From an uncultured Bacilli bacterium (GTDB lineage Bacteria; Bacillota_I; Bacilli_A; RF39; UBA660), in NCBI GenBank assembly GCA_947626595.1, contig CANQST010000004.1, positions 1-56,788 of the forward strand: a stretch of 56,788 nucleotides of DNA. Reading direction: 5' to 3'. The position numbers and the translations under genes are program-made. Of the stretch, positions 26,451 to 35,766 are shown in pieces (positions within the stretch are counted from its first letter, which is position 1; every line of letters begins with the position of its first letter). The notes under the pieces are model-generated. The model was given only the letters and a program-made list of their open reading frames with translations, was not told the origin of the DNA and searched no databases.

Positions 26451-29114
26451 ATGAAATATCTAAATAAAGTATTATTAAGCTCTGTAGTTGTCATAGTATT
26501 AGTAATGAGTGTAGGTTATTCTGTTTTAAATAAAGAGTTAAGTATAACAGGTGAAGTTAATTATAGACCACAAGGAGATATGAGAATTACTAATGTTAAA
26601 CAAGAAGATATTAGTAATGCTAATATTGAGTATTTTGATTTTTCTAGAAAAGAAATTAAATTAGCTTATAGTAGTAATGGGAATGCTTTTCTAAAGTTTA
26701 CAGTAGAAGTAACTAATTATAGTAATACTGAAATGGGTATTTTAAAAATAGATGGATTAGATGGTGGCGTAGTAGAGGGCTATACTTTTGGTGAGAAGTT
26801 AGTAGGAGAAGATAATAATAGTAAGGCTGGTATGACTAAAGAGTTTACTATTACTTATAACTCAAGTGAAGTTGAAACAAAAAGTTTATTATTAAAGTTT
26901 GACTTTGAAGAAGTCTTTACTATTAATTATGAAGGATTTGATAATACTCAAGACTTTAAGAAAGAGATATTAAACAATGATAAATTAGTTCAAAACTTAG
27001 GAGATGATCCTCCTAGGAAAATAGAAGTTACTATGAATGATAAAGTAATAACACCTAATTATAGTAATGGAACATTAACAATTAATCAAGTAACAGGTAA
27101 TATAAAAGTAAAATCTTTATTTTATGACGATAGTGGAGCAAATGAACCAGTACTTAGTGATGGAATGATACCAGTATATTATGATGAGAATGATAAAGAA
27201 TGGAAGAAAGCTGATAGATACAATAGAAATAATAATTGGTGTGATTATAATAATCAGAAGTGGTGTAATGCGGTTACAGTAAAGAATGTTGTTAGAGATT
27301 TATCTGGTAATGGAAATGATGGTGAGATACATGGAGCTGTTGTGAATGACGGTAAAGCTTATTTTGATGGAGTTGACGATTACATAGATGCTGGGTTAAA
27401 AAAATATGATTTTAAGCAAGTTACCTATGTAGCTAAATTTACTTTGCATTCTTACAGCAATACTAATCAAACTATTATGGGTAATACTGATACTGGTGGC
27501 TTATCTTTATCATTTTTGCCAAAAACAAATAAATTGCTTACATTTGGCTTATATAATTTAAATACTGGTTCTTATGTTTACTTGTCAAGTTCTTCTAGTG
27601 AAATAGAATTGGAAAAAGAATATGTTGCGGTTGGAACATATGATGGTAATAGTATTAAGCTGTATCTCAATGGTGTTTTAGTTGCGGAAAACAATACTCA
27701 AATTAATTTTAAAACTTCTAACTCTAATACTTTAATATGCTCAGAACCTCAAGGGGATACAGATTTTTCTGAAATGTCAAATGCAACAATAAATGATGCT
27801 TTAATATTTGATAAAGCCTTGAGTGAGGCTGAAATTAAGCAGCATTATAGTAATGAAGTTACTTTAGGAGAAACAAAACCATTAGTCTATTATAATTTTG
27901 AAGAAACAAGTAGAACTCCTTATGTACATGGTAGTGTTGGAACAGCAATACCAATTGAAGAAATAAATACCATGTGGGTATGGATACCAAGATATAGTTA
28001 TACTATAAAGAGTGAAGATGGAGGAGATAACTATTTTGGTAAAGCAAGTTCTGATAATTCAAATCCATCACAAGCTTTACCAGGAGAGATAGATATTAGA
28101 TTTATTTCTCAGACTTCTAAAGATACAGGTAGTGCTAGATATATAGGTAGTGATATTAATGGGTGGTTTACGCCACCAGGATTTAAATTTGGAGATAAAG
28201 ATTTATCAGGAGTATGGATAGGTAAGTTTGAAGTAGCAGGAAGTTTAGCGAAAGATAGTCAGGCTTGTAAAAATGAAAGGTGTTATGTTAGCAAAGTGAC
28301 TATAAAGCCAAATGTTGCATCAATTAGAAGTCAAACAGTTAGTAGTTTCTTCTATATGGCAAGAAGCTTTCAAAAGGCAGATAGTGGTTATAATGAAGCT
28401 GTTTTTGATTTACATATGGCTAAAAACGAGGAATGGTCACTTATTTCTTATTTAACACAAAGCAAATATGGTAAGTATGGTAATGATAATTATACAGGTG
28501 CTAATAAAGAAGTATATCAAAATAAATCAAGTGATTTTATAACAGGTAATAGTAACTGGACACCCAGTCAAGACGAAAGCACCACAGATCAGTATTCTTA
28601 TAATGATATGACGAATTTGAATGATGGTAGGGGATTTGCTGGTCCAGGTGCCTCAACAACTGGAAATATTTATGGTATTTATGATATAAGTGGTGGAGCT
28701 AATGAATATGTTATGGGAGTGCTAGAGTATGACGAACAAGGTAATGATACTCACAGTGGCATGATAGTTAGTAATACTTCTAATTTTATAGGGCTTAATA
28801 AAGAAGGTACAGAAACTGGAACACTGGCTTTACCAGCTTCTAAATATTATAAAGTATATAAAAGTATTAATCCTACTTCAGCAAATCGTGTTAGTGCTGA
28901 AACGGCTTGTGATGGTGGCATATGTTATGGACATGCATTTACTGAGACTGCTGAATGGTATGGTGATTACCCCTATTTCTTATCTCGTACTTATCCATGG
29001 CTACAGCGTGGTGGTTATAATAGTTATGGTAAAGTTGCCGGCATATTTTACTCTCATTATCAATCTGGTGGTCTTGATGCTAGGGCAACTACTAGATTAG
29101 TTCTAACTCCATAA
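26451..29114 (+). CDS. Large secreted/anchored protein with a LamG (concanavalin-like) domain and a C-terminal FGE-sulfatase/C-lectin-like region
   Basis: N-terminal hydrophobic anchor (VLLSSVVVIVLVMSVGYSVL). LamG_3-type motifs are DLSGNGNDGEIHGAVVNDGKAYFDGVDDYIDAG and LYLNGVLV...DALIFDKALSEAEIKQHY. The C-terminal GIYGIYDISGGANEYVMG resembles the G-x-YDMSGNVWEW motif of the FGE-sulfatase family. Confidence 0.7.
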   Translation: MKYLNKVLLSSVVVIVLVMSVGYSVLNKELSITGEVNYRPQGDMRITNVKQEDISNANIEYFDFSRKEIKLAYSSNGNAFLKFTVEVTNYSNTEMGILKIDGLDGGVVEGYTFGEKLVGEDNNSKAGMTKEFTITYNSSEVETKSLLLKFDFEEVFTINYEGFDNTQDFKKEILNNDKLVQNLGDDPPRKIEVTMNDKVITPNYSNGTLTINQVTGNIKVKSLFYDDSGANEPVLSDGMIPVYYDENDKEWKKADRYNRNNNWCDYNNQKWCNAVTVKNVVRDLSGNGNDGEIHGAVVNDGKAYFDGVDDYIDAGLKKYDFKQVTYVAKFTLHSYSNTNQTIMGNTDTGGLSLSFLPKTNKLLTFGLYNLNTGSYVYLSSSSSEIELEKEYVAVGTYDGNSIKLYLNGVLVAENNTQINFKTSNSNTLICSEPQGDTDFSEMSNATINDALIFDKALSEAEIKQHYSNEVTLGETKPLVYYNFEETSRTPYVHGSVGTAIPIEEINTMWVWIPRYSYTIKSEDGGDNYFGKASSDNSNPSQALPGEIDIRFISQTSKDTGSARYIGSDINGWFTPPGFKFGDKDLSGVWIGKFEVAGSLAKDSQACKNERCYVSKVTIKPNVASIRSQTVSSFFYMARSFQKADSGYNEAVFDLHMAKNEEWSLISYLTQSKYGKYGNDNYTGANKEVYQNKSSDFITGNSNWTPSQDESTTDQYSYNDMTNLNDGRGFAGPGASTTGNIYGIYDISGGANEYVMGVLEYDEQGNDTHSGMIVSNTSNFIGLNKEGTETGTLALPASKYYKVYKSINPTSANRVSAETACDGGICYGHAFTETAEWYGDYPYFLSRTYPWLQRGGYNSYGKVAGIFYSHYQSGGLDARATTRLVLTP

Positions 29115-29782
29115 TATTTGTGATAGGGTGGAGTAGTGATGGTATATCTATTAATTTAATAGTATACTCTATCATTTAGAAAATAGATATATGGTGTTTG
29201 TATTATTGCATTTAAAAACATATTATAAATATGAATATAAAAATGATTAATTATTTATTTATGTTAGAGTAATTAATTCTAATTAAAATTATTATAAGAA
29301 ATAAATCTTAATGATAGGAATTTATGGGAAGTTGTATTTACTAAAATCCTTATTTTATAAGGGTTTTCTCATTGATTATTAACTTCCTATAATTGATATT
29401 ATGTTAACTTCTATTTTGGAATATAATATAAAAGTACTCCCCTACATAAATATTTAATAAAAATTTACTTAAAATTTATAAGAAATTAATTTATTATTCT
29501 CTATTTATTTCATTGATAATAAGCTCATAATTAAATTTATAAATTTTGGCAAATTTTTAGTTTTTTAATTATATTATTATACGTATTATGTATTTTCCTG
29601 TAATATTATATTAGTTATATTTCTACTACTTTATATAATATATAAATAAATATGGTAAAAAAGAAAAATGAATTTTAAGCAATTTAGGTTAAGAACTATC
29701 CATCTAATTAAATAAAAATCGCTTAAAATGCATTTTGAATTTTTCTTTAGTTTTTGGGTATGCTATAGATAAGGAGGTTTTT

Positions 29783-29989
29783 ATGGAAGAAAAAATTATG
29801 TGTGATGTAGACAGTTGTAATTACAATAATAATGATAATGGAACTTGTTCTTTAAAATCTATTAAAGTTAGTTGTACTTGTGATAATAAAACTTGTAATA
29901 GCTCAAAGGAAACTATATGTCAAAGTTTTGAAAATACTGGTAGTCCATTAACTGACAATGTCTACGAAGTTACATCAGAAAGCGAGTAG
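29783..29989 (+). CDS. DUF1540-like cysteine-rich small protein
   Basis: The ATG at 29783 follows aaggagg. It has a repeated C-x2-C...C pattern (CDVDSCNY...GTCSLKSIKVSCTCDNKTC...TICQSF). I recognise this family as common in spore-forming Bacillota. Confidence 0.6.
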   Translation: MEEKIMCDVDSCNYNNNDNGTCSLKSIKVSCTCDNKTCNSSKETICQSFENTGSPLTDNVYEVTSESE

Positions 29990-30011
29990 AGGGGTTATAC
30001 CTCTTTTTTTC
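29988..30011. terminator. Terminator hairpin
   Basis: agagg-ggttata-cctct followed by tttttttc. It lies between convergent genes. Confidence 0.45.
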
Positions 30012-30029
30012 TTTTACTACTCTCCTACT

Positions 30030-31196
30030 CTATATTAAATCTTCTAAGATGCTAGTTCCAATTTCAGGTGGTTCTACTTCAAAATTATCAGCAATAGTTG
30101 CTCCTATATTAGCAAAAGTATCAAATGGTTTAAGTCGCTTAGGCTCTTTAAAATTACGACTATATATAATTACTGGTACATTTTCTCTAGTATGGTCATT
30201 ACCTCTAAATGTTGGATCATTACCGTGATCGGCAGTAATAATAAGTAGGTCGTCTAATTCTAATTTATTAAGAATAATAGGTATTTCTACATCTAATTCT
30301 TCTATAGCTCTAGCATATCCTTCTACGTCTCTATTATGGCCATATAAAGAGTCAAAATCTGCTAAATTGACCATGCATAATCCTGTAAACTTTTTATCCA
30401 TTATATCAGTAAGTTTATTTATAGCTTCTATATTATTAGTAGCTTTAATATTTTTATTTATACCTTGACCATCAAATATATCATTTATTTTACCAATACC
30501 AATGACATTATAATTATTTTCTACTAGACTATCTAAAACACTTCTTTTAGGAGGTTTTATAGCATAATCTTTTCTACCACTATTGATAAATTTATATTTA
30601 CCTGGAGTTCCAGTAAATGGTCTAGCAATTACTCTACCTATTCTCCAATCTTCTTCTAAAGTTAAGGCTCTAATTTTTTCGCAATACTGATAAAGAGTAC
30701 TTATAGGAATACTATCTTCATGAGCTGCTACTTGGAGGTCAGAGTCTGCTGATGTATAAATGATTAATGCTCCATAATTTACTTGTCTTTCTCCTAATTC
30801 TTGAATAATAGCGTCGTCGTTGCAACATTTATTACCAATTACTTTTCTACCTGTAACTAACTCAATTCCATTTAATATTTCATAGACAAAACCACTATTA
30901 AAAGTTTTAAAAGGAATATCATTTTTTATGCCTACCATTTCATAATGACCATTTAAAGTATCTTTACCAGCATTAATAGGTTTGGCAATTGTATAATATG
31001 CTTCAACATTATCATTATCACTCATATTAATAGTATCTAAAAAGCCAATTTTCTTTAAGTTAGGTATAAATAAATCGCAACTTTCATTGACATGTTTTAA
31101 TGTATTAGCGCCATTATCTTGAAAGTTAATTGCATCTAGTGTCTCCCCTACTCCAAGCGAGTCTAAAACCATTAAGAATATTCTTTTAAATTTCAT
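30030..31196 (-). CDS. deoB: Phosphopentomutase
   Basis: MKFKRIFLMVLDSLGVGE N-terminus and the ITADHGNDPT metal-site motif. 388 aa. Confidence 0.9.
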   Translation of the reverse strand: MKFKRIFLMVLDSLGVGETLDAINFQDNGANTLKHVNESCDLFIPNLKKIGFLDTINMSDNDNVEAYYTIAKPINAGKDTLNGHYEMVGIKNDIPFKTFNSGFVYEILNGIELVTGRKVIGNKCCNDDAIIQELGERQVNYGALIIYTSADSDLQVAAHEDSIPISTLYQYCEKIRALTLEEDWRIGRVIARPFTGTPGKYKFINSGRKDYAIKPPKRSVLDSLVENNYNVIGIGKINDIFDGQGINKNIKATNNIEAINKLTDIMDKKFTGLCMVNLADFDSLYGHNRDVEGYARAIEELDVEIPIILNKLELDDLLIITADHGNDPTFRGNDHTRENVPVIIYSRNFKEPKRLKPFDTFANIGATIADNFEVEPPEIGTSILEDLI

Positions 31197-31208
31197 ATAA
31201 ATGCTCCT

Positions 31209-32096
31209 TTACTTACTACTACGTGGATGGTATTTTTTATAATCTTCTATTACTTTTTTATCACTTACTTCTGTATATATCTTAGTTGTTGAGATATCAA
31301 CATGTCCTAACATTTCTTGGATACTTCTAAGATCAGCTCCCCTATTTATTAAATGGGTTGCGAAAGAGTGTCTCAATGTATGTGGTGATACTTCAGGATT
31401 TAAGCCTTTTTCTTTTAAAATTTTTTTTAAATTTTTAAAAAAGCCTTGTCTAGTCATAGCGTTACCATGATTATTTAAGAATAGTTTATTACAGCTTTTT
31501 CCTTTTAAAAGACTTGCCCTTACTTCTAAATATTTATTTATATATATAATAGCATATTCTCCTATAGGAACTACTCTTTCTTTATCTCCTTTACCTAAAA
31601 TATGGACAAGAGCATTTGTCATATCAATATCATTTAAAGTTAAATTAATAACTTCACTTACTCTTAAACCACATCCATACATCAATTCTAACATAGCTTT
31701 ATTACGATAGTCAAATGGTGTTTCTAATTTAATATCAAGTAGTTTATCTACTTCTTCAATACTTAAAGTTTTTGGTAGAGTTTTTCGTAATTTTGGTCTA
31801 TCAATAAATTCAGTAACATCAGCTTCAACTTTTTGTACTTTTAATAAATATTTATGAAAATTCTTAATAACTGTTAAATTATGGGCTACGGTAGTAGTTT
31901 TCTCTTTATTTCTTAATTTTATAAAGTCTATGACGTTTTCAGTACTAATTTCTTCTACAGTAAATATATTTTTTTTATTTAAATAATTTTTATATACGTT
32001 TAAATCATTAGTATAAGCTTCTTTAGTTTTATCTGATAAGCCTTTTTCAAAGACACAGTAGTTTATAAAATCTTCAATAGCGTTATTTATATTCAT
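31209..32096 (-). CDS. xerD: Site-specific tyrosine recombinase XerD/XerC type
   Basis: GLRVSEVINL, HTLRHSFATHLI and LGHVDISTTKIYTEV catalytic motifs. Adjacent to deoB, as ripX-drm are in B. subtilis. Confidence 0.8.
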   Translation of the reverse strand: MNINNAIEDFINYCVFEKGLSDKTKEAYTNDLNVYKNYLNKKNIFTVEEISTENVIDFIKLRNKEKTTTVAHNLTVIKNFHKYLLKVQKVEADVTEFIDRPKLRKTLPKTLSIEEVDKLLDIKLETPFDYRNKAMLELMYGCGLRVSEVINLTLNDIDMTNALVHILGKGDKERVVPIGEYAIIYINKYLEVRASLLKGKSCNKLFLNNHGNAMTRQGFFKNLKKILKEKGLNPEVSPHTLRHSFATHLINRGADLRSIQEMLGHVDISTTKIYTEVSDKKVIEDYKKYHPRSSK

Positions 32097-32193
32097 AAAA
32101 TCACCACTTTACTCATAATATAATTATAATGTTAAAAGTACTAATTGACAATATAGAAAAATGATTTATAATATTATTTCGAGGGGAAAATAA

Positions 32194-33228
32194 ATGAATG
32201 TAGAAGATATACGTATTAAGAGTTTAAAACAGACTTTAGATAGTAAAATTAAAGAAAGTGATAGTGTTACAATAGTGCCTCATATTAGATTAGATTTTGA
32301 TGCGATTGGATCTAGTATTGCTTTATATATAATGGCATTGAGGCAGAGAAAACGAGTAAATATATTGATAAATGATAATTACAATGAATTAGATTGTGGC
32401 ATTAAAACTGTTTTAAAGGAAATAACTACTAAAGGATTTAATATTATTAATTATAATGAGTATAAAGATAGATATGCTAATAGTAATGATTTATTAATAT
32501 TAACTGATACTTCACAACAAACTCTTATTCCTATTGAAGAAGATATTATTAAGAAGAAAGTTCTAGAAGAAAAGATAATTGAAATAGACCATCATAATTA
32601 TGGTAATTCAACGATAGATGCCAAGGATAAGTTTATCTTGCCTGAATATTCTAGTGCTTGTGAAATTATTACTAAAATGCTTTTTACTTCACGTGTTAGA
32701 TTTAGTAAAGAGATTGCGACTTATCTTTATGCTGGAATATGGTTAGATAGTAATAGATTGACTAAAAGAGGATCTAATAATGAGACACATAAATGGGCTG
32801 GTAAATTAGTTGAGAATAATGCTGATATTGATAAAGTAAATGATTTATTTATAGAAGATTATAATGATAATCAAAAAATTCAAGAATTAGTTTCTAATCA
32901 TATGAAAATGTTTAGTTATACTATTGCTTGTTTAATTGGTGAAGACGATAAGAAATATAGTTGTGAAGATCTGGCTAAGGCTGCAGATGCGTGTTTAAAG
33001 TATCGAATAGATGCATCTTTTGCGATAGGTAATGTATCTGATAGTATGGTGTCAATAAGCGCTCGTAGTAAAGGCAATATTAACGTTGGAGAAATAATGA
33101 AAGAATTTGATGGTGGTGGTAACTATTTAGCGGCCGCAACTAAAATAAAAGACGAAAAACCTAGTGAAGTAAGCAAAAAATTAATGAAAGCTTTAAGACC
33201 TAATTATTATATTGATAAAGAAAATTAA
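32194..33228 (+). CDS. DHH/DHHA1-family phosphoesterase (NrnA-like)
   Basis: HIRLDFDAIGSS, EIDHHNYG (DHH motif) and C-terminal FDGGGNYLAAA (a GGGH-type DHHA1 motif with N in place of H). Confidence 0.7.
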   Translation: MNVEDIRIKSLKQTLDSKIKESDSVTIVPHIRLDFDAIGSSIALYIMALRQRKRVNILINDNYNELDCGIKTVLKEITTKGFNIINYNEYKDRYANSNDLLILTDTSQQTLIPIEEDIIKKKVLEEKIIEIDHHNYGNSTIDAKDKFILPEYSSACEIITKMLFTSRVRFSKEIATYLYAGIWLDSNRLTKRGSNNETHKWAGKLVENNADIDKVNDLFIEDYNDNQKIQELVSNHMKMFSYTIACLIGEDDKKYSCEDLAKAADACLKYRIDASFAIGNVSDSMVSISARSKGNINVGEIMKEFDGGGNYLAAATKIKDEKPSEVSKKLMKALRPNYYIDKEN

Positions 33229-33232
33229 TTGA

Positions 33233-33263
33233 CGAGTTATGCTTTAATAACTCGCCAATTTTT
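33233..33263. terminator. Bidirectional terminator hairpin
   Basis: cgagttat-gcttta-ataactcg followed by ccaatttttt. It lies between convergent genes. Confidence 0.55.
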
Positions 33264-34018
33264 TAAGCTTTTCTTCGATACATGAAAACGGTTACATATG
33301 GATCTTGAACATTGATAGCTGTAGGATTAGTAGAACCTGCCGAACTTGTTGCGGTTGAGGTAGTTGAGATTGGGTGGGTGTGTCCTCCCCCACCTCCATA
33401 ATTTGTGCTGGCTGGGTATAGCTCATTTCCCTCATATACTACCCATCCCCTTTTTGCATAATATTGTGGTTCTGCTTGTTTGGCAATTGTTTTTGATAAA
33501 TACAAATAATTTTCTTCTCCTCCATATCTTTCTACATGTCCTGGATGTGATGGCATCTCTGCTATCGTTAAGGTATGGGAACCGGTATTAGCATTTGCTT
33601 TATCATAATTGTGAGTGTGAGCTGGTAGATTAGCTGTTGTTAGTGTTACGGTGTTTGCTCCTCCTGTTGTACCTGATTTGGATGTTGTTCCTCTTAATAC
33701 TTTATCCGTTCCATATGTCTCCCAAGTACCACCAAACTTATTTTGAACTTGTTCTACGGTAGATAATTCAGTTGATATATAAATGCTACCTACTGGATAT
33801 ATCTCATTTATTATTTGCTTCTTTAAATTAATTAAATCATTACTAAACTTAGTACAAGTTCCATCTATGGCATTTTGTACATTAGTCGCTCCTAATTTAG
33901 AATTATCTACATAAGAAACATTTTTACTTTCTATTAAAGTTTCTGCTAGACAAAAAGATAAAGTAATTGATATAACTATTCCAATTACTACCCCTACTAT
34001 TATCTTACTATTCTTCAT
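33263..34018 (-). CDS. Signal/TM-anchored tail-fibre-like HxH-motif protein, paralogue 3
   Basis: The first 40 residues are identical to paralogue 2. It has YPVGSIYIS...FGGTWE, LPAHTHNY, MPSHPGH, GGHTHPI and the shared C-terminus STNPTAINVQDPYVTVFMYRR. Confidence 0.8.
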   Translation of the reverse strand: MKNSKIIVGVVIGIVISITLSFCLAETLIESKNVSYVDNSKLGATNVQNAIDGTCTKFSNDLINLKKQIINEIYPVGSIYISTELSTVEQVQNKFGGTWETYGTDKVLRGTTSKSGTTGGANTVTLTTANLPAHTHNYDKANANTGSHTLTIAEMPSHPGHVERYGGEENYLYLSKTIAKQAEPQYYAKRGWVVYEGNELYPASTNYGGGGGHTHPISTTSTATSSAGSTNPTAINVQDPYVTVFMYRRKA

Positions 34019-34045
34019 GATATCACCTCTATATTACGACCTTTG

Positions 34046-34145
34046 TGTCATAATAAAAGTATAAACCATTATGACATATAAGTCAATATAATATTATGAC
34101 TTTTAAGACATACAATTTTTATTAAAAATATGACATTATTGTCAT
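34046..34145. promoter_or_regulatory. Divergent control region with TTATGACA-type half-sites and palindromes (cassette 4)
   Basis: TGTCATAAT (34046-34054) and ATTATGACA (34068-34076) form an inverted repeat. ATTATGAC recurs at 34093-34100. A perfect 16-bp palindrome ATGACATTATTGTCAT lies at 34130-34145, just upstream of the XRE gene RBS. Confidence 0.5.
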
Positions 34146-34156
34146 GAGGTGATAAT

Positions 34157-34348
34157 ATGTTAAAAGAATATAGACTAAAAAGAGGTTATAGTTTAGAAAA
34201 ATTAGCAGAATTAACTAATATATCATGGCGTAATTTACAAAGAATTGAAAATGGTAAAGATAAGGATGCTAAGTTTGAAACGATAAGAAAATTAATTCAA
34301 GTATTAGAAATAGAAGATAAAGATATACTTGATTATATTAAGAATTAA
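34157..34348 (+). CDS. Short XRE-family HTH regulator (cassette 4, different subfamily)
   Basis: YRLKRGYSLEKLAELTNISWRNLQRIENGK is the HTH. It lacks the TSxDYILG tail of the other three regulators. Confidence 0.8.
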   Translation: MLKEYRLKRGYSLEKLAELTNISWRNLQRIENGKDKDAKFETIRKLIQVLEIEDKDILDYIKN

Positions 34349-34358
34349 GGAGAAGTTT

Positions 34359-34877
34359 ATGATGTTGATATTTTACTTTATATCTGCAATAGGGATAATA
34401 TATCTAATTATTTCTATTTGTAGGTATGTAGTTAATTTTTTAAATTTTAAAGAAGAAAGAAGAAATGATACTGAAAAAACTAAACCGAGTACTAGTTATT
34501 ATCAGAAAAGCTTTATGAGTGCTGCTGAAAAGAATTTTTATAATATCTTAAGAGAATTAGAAACTAAATATAAGATAGTACCTCAAGTTAATTTAGCTAG
34601 TATTATTAGTAAGAATAATTATACTTTTCAAAATGAATTATTTAGAAATATTGATTTTGCGATATTTACTTATGATTATTCTAAACTATTACTTTTAATT
34701 GAGTTAAATGATAGTACTCATAATATGGCAAAGAGAAGGAAAAGAGATATGAAAGTACAAGCTATTTTAAATGATGCTGGTATACCTTTAATGAAGTTTT
34801 ATACTAATAAGCCTAATGAAAGAAATTATGTACTTAATAGAATTTTAAATAAAATTGAAAAAGATATAGGCAACTAA
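34359..34877 (+). CDS. DUF2726-like (PD-(D/E)XK-fold) protein with an N-terminal TM helix
   Basis: The ATG at 34359 lies 11 nt after the XRE stop codon and follows aaggagaag. AEKNFYNILRE...IVPQVNLASI...IDFAIF...LLLIELNDSTH...RRKRDMKVQAILNDAGIPLMKF matches the DUF2726 pattern as I recall it. Confidence 0.6.
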   Translation: MMLIFYFISAIGIIYLIISICRYVVNFLNFKEERRNDTEKTKPSTSYYQKSFMSAAEKNFYNILRELETKYKIVPQVNLASIISKNNYTFQNELFRNIDFAIFTYDYSKLLLLIELNDSTHNMAKRRKRDMKVQAILNDAGIPLMKFYTNKPNERNYVLNRILNKIEKDIGN

Positions 34878-34930
34878 TATTATGTATGAATATACATGTT
34901 AAAAGAGTAACTTTCCGTTACCCTTTTCTT

Positions 34931-35698
34931 TTAGACTTTTCTTGATTGTATCTCAGCTATTTTTTCAAATACTTCTTTAGCATTATCTTCATTTATTTCG
35001 GTATAACCTAGCTCTCTTAGAGCTTGAACTTTTACGGTATTAAGCTCTTGAGTACGAGATAGTTTTTCTTCTTTTTTCTGCTCAATATTTTGAACAAATC
35101 TTTTATGAGACTCGCTTAGTTTGTTTTTAGAAGCTCCTCCATTATTATAAAGGGTCATAGCACTAAAGATAATACTTTCAAATATAAATTGTTTATCTTT
35201 ATCAAAATTAAATTCCATTGGATCAGTAAATCCTAAAGATTTAGACATATAAGCTAAAATATACTTTAATTCGTCTGTTGTTTCCATTGACTGTAGGAAG
35301 TGATATAAGTATAAGAAAGTTGTATATGACTCTTTAGTTTTGTCGTTAGCAAGTTTTTCTTTTAAGATATTAATTATATCAGATAGTAATTCTTGTTCTT
35401 TTTTATTAAAGCCTTTTAAATCAGCCAATATTTCTTTACTAGAGATATCTTTTACACCATCATTAAGTCTATTTTCAACTTCAATTATATATTCACCGGT
35501 AATTTTAACTTTGCTTAATTCTCCTATACTTTCAATATTAAGTAAGCTAAGTAGTTTAGCAGCTTTTTCTTTAGGCCAGTCATTAATATCAGATAAAGCT
35601 AAATAATTATATAGCATTTGTCTTGATACTCCTAAGTATTTAGCTAGACGTACTTTGCTAATTCCTAATTCGGCTAATGTTTTGTTTAATTCTTTCAT
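34931..35698 (-). CDS. HTH-domain protein, unknown function
   Basis: The N-terminal LAELGISKVRLAKYLGVSRQMLYNYL is HTH-like. The rest is helical with no recognised family. Confidence 0.5.
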   Translation of the reverse strand: MKELNKTLAELGISKVRLAKYLGVSRQMLYNYLALSDINDWPKEKAAKLLSLLNIESIGELSKVKITGEYIIEVENRLNDGVKDISSKEILADLKGFNKKEQELLSDIINILKEKLANDKTKESYTTFLYLYHFLQSMETTDELKYILAYMSKSLGFTDPMEFNFDKDKQFIFESIIFSAMTLYNNGGASKNKLSESHKRFVQNIEQKKEEKLSRTQELNTVKVQALRELGYTEINEDNAKEVFEKIAEIQSRKV

Positions 35699-35766
35699 TA
35701 TTTTACCCTCCTAATATAATTATAGTTAATTAGGTGTAAATAATCAAGTGTAAATTGACATAATTA

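Noticed and set aside
25300-26560. The fibre-like and LamG proteins might be type IV pilins or pseudopilins processed by the adjacent PilD.
   Set aside because: Class III signal peptides have a short basic leader and then G-F/M-T/S-L-x-E, followed by the hydrophobic helix. Here the hydrophobic stretch comes first (VVIGIVISITLSFCLA-ETLIE; VLLSSVVVIVLVMSVGYSVL), and there is no G-F-T-L-x-E motif. They look like ordinary signal peptides or N-terminal anchors.
31209-32096. The tyrosine recombinase might be the integrase or invertase of the surrounding accessory cassettes.
   Set aside because: Its sequence motifs and size fit chromosomal XerD/XerC, and it keeps the conserved xerD-deoB neighbourhood with spoIIM nearby. 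I see no short inverted repeats of the hix/fim type flanking a promoter. Any inversion between the 130-bp repeats would more plausibly be driven by homologous recombination.
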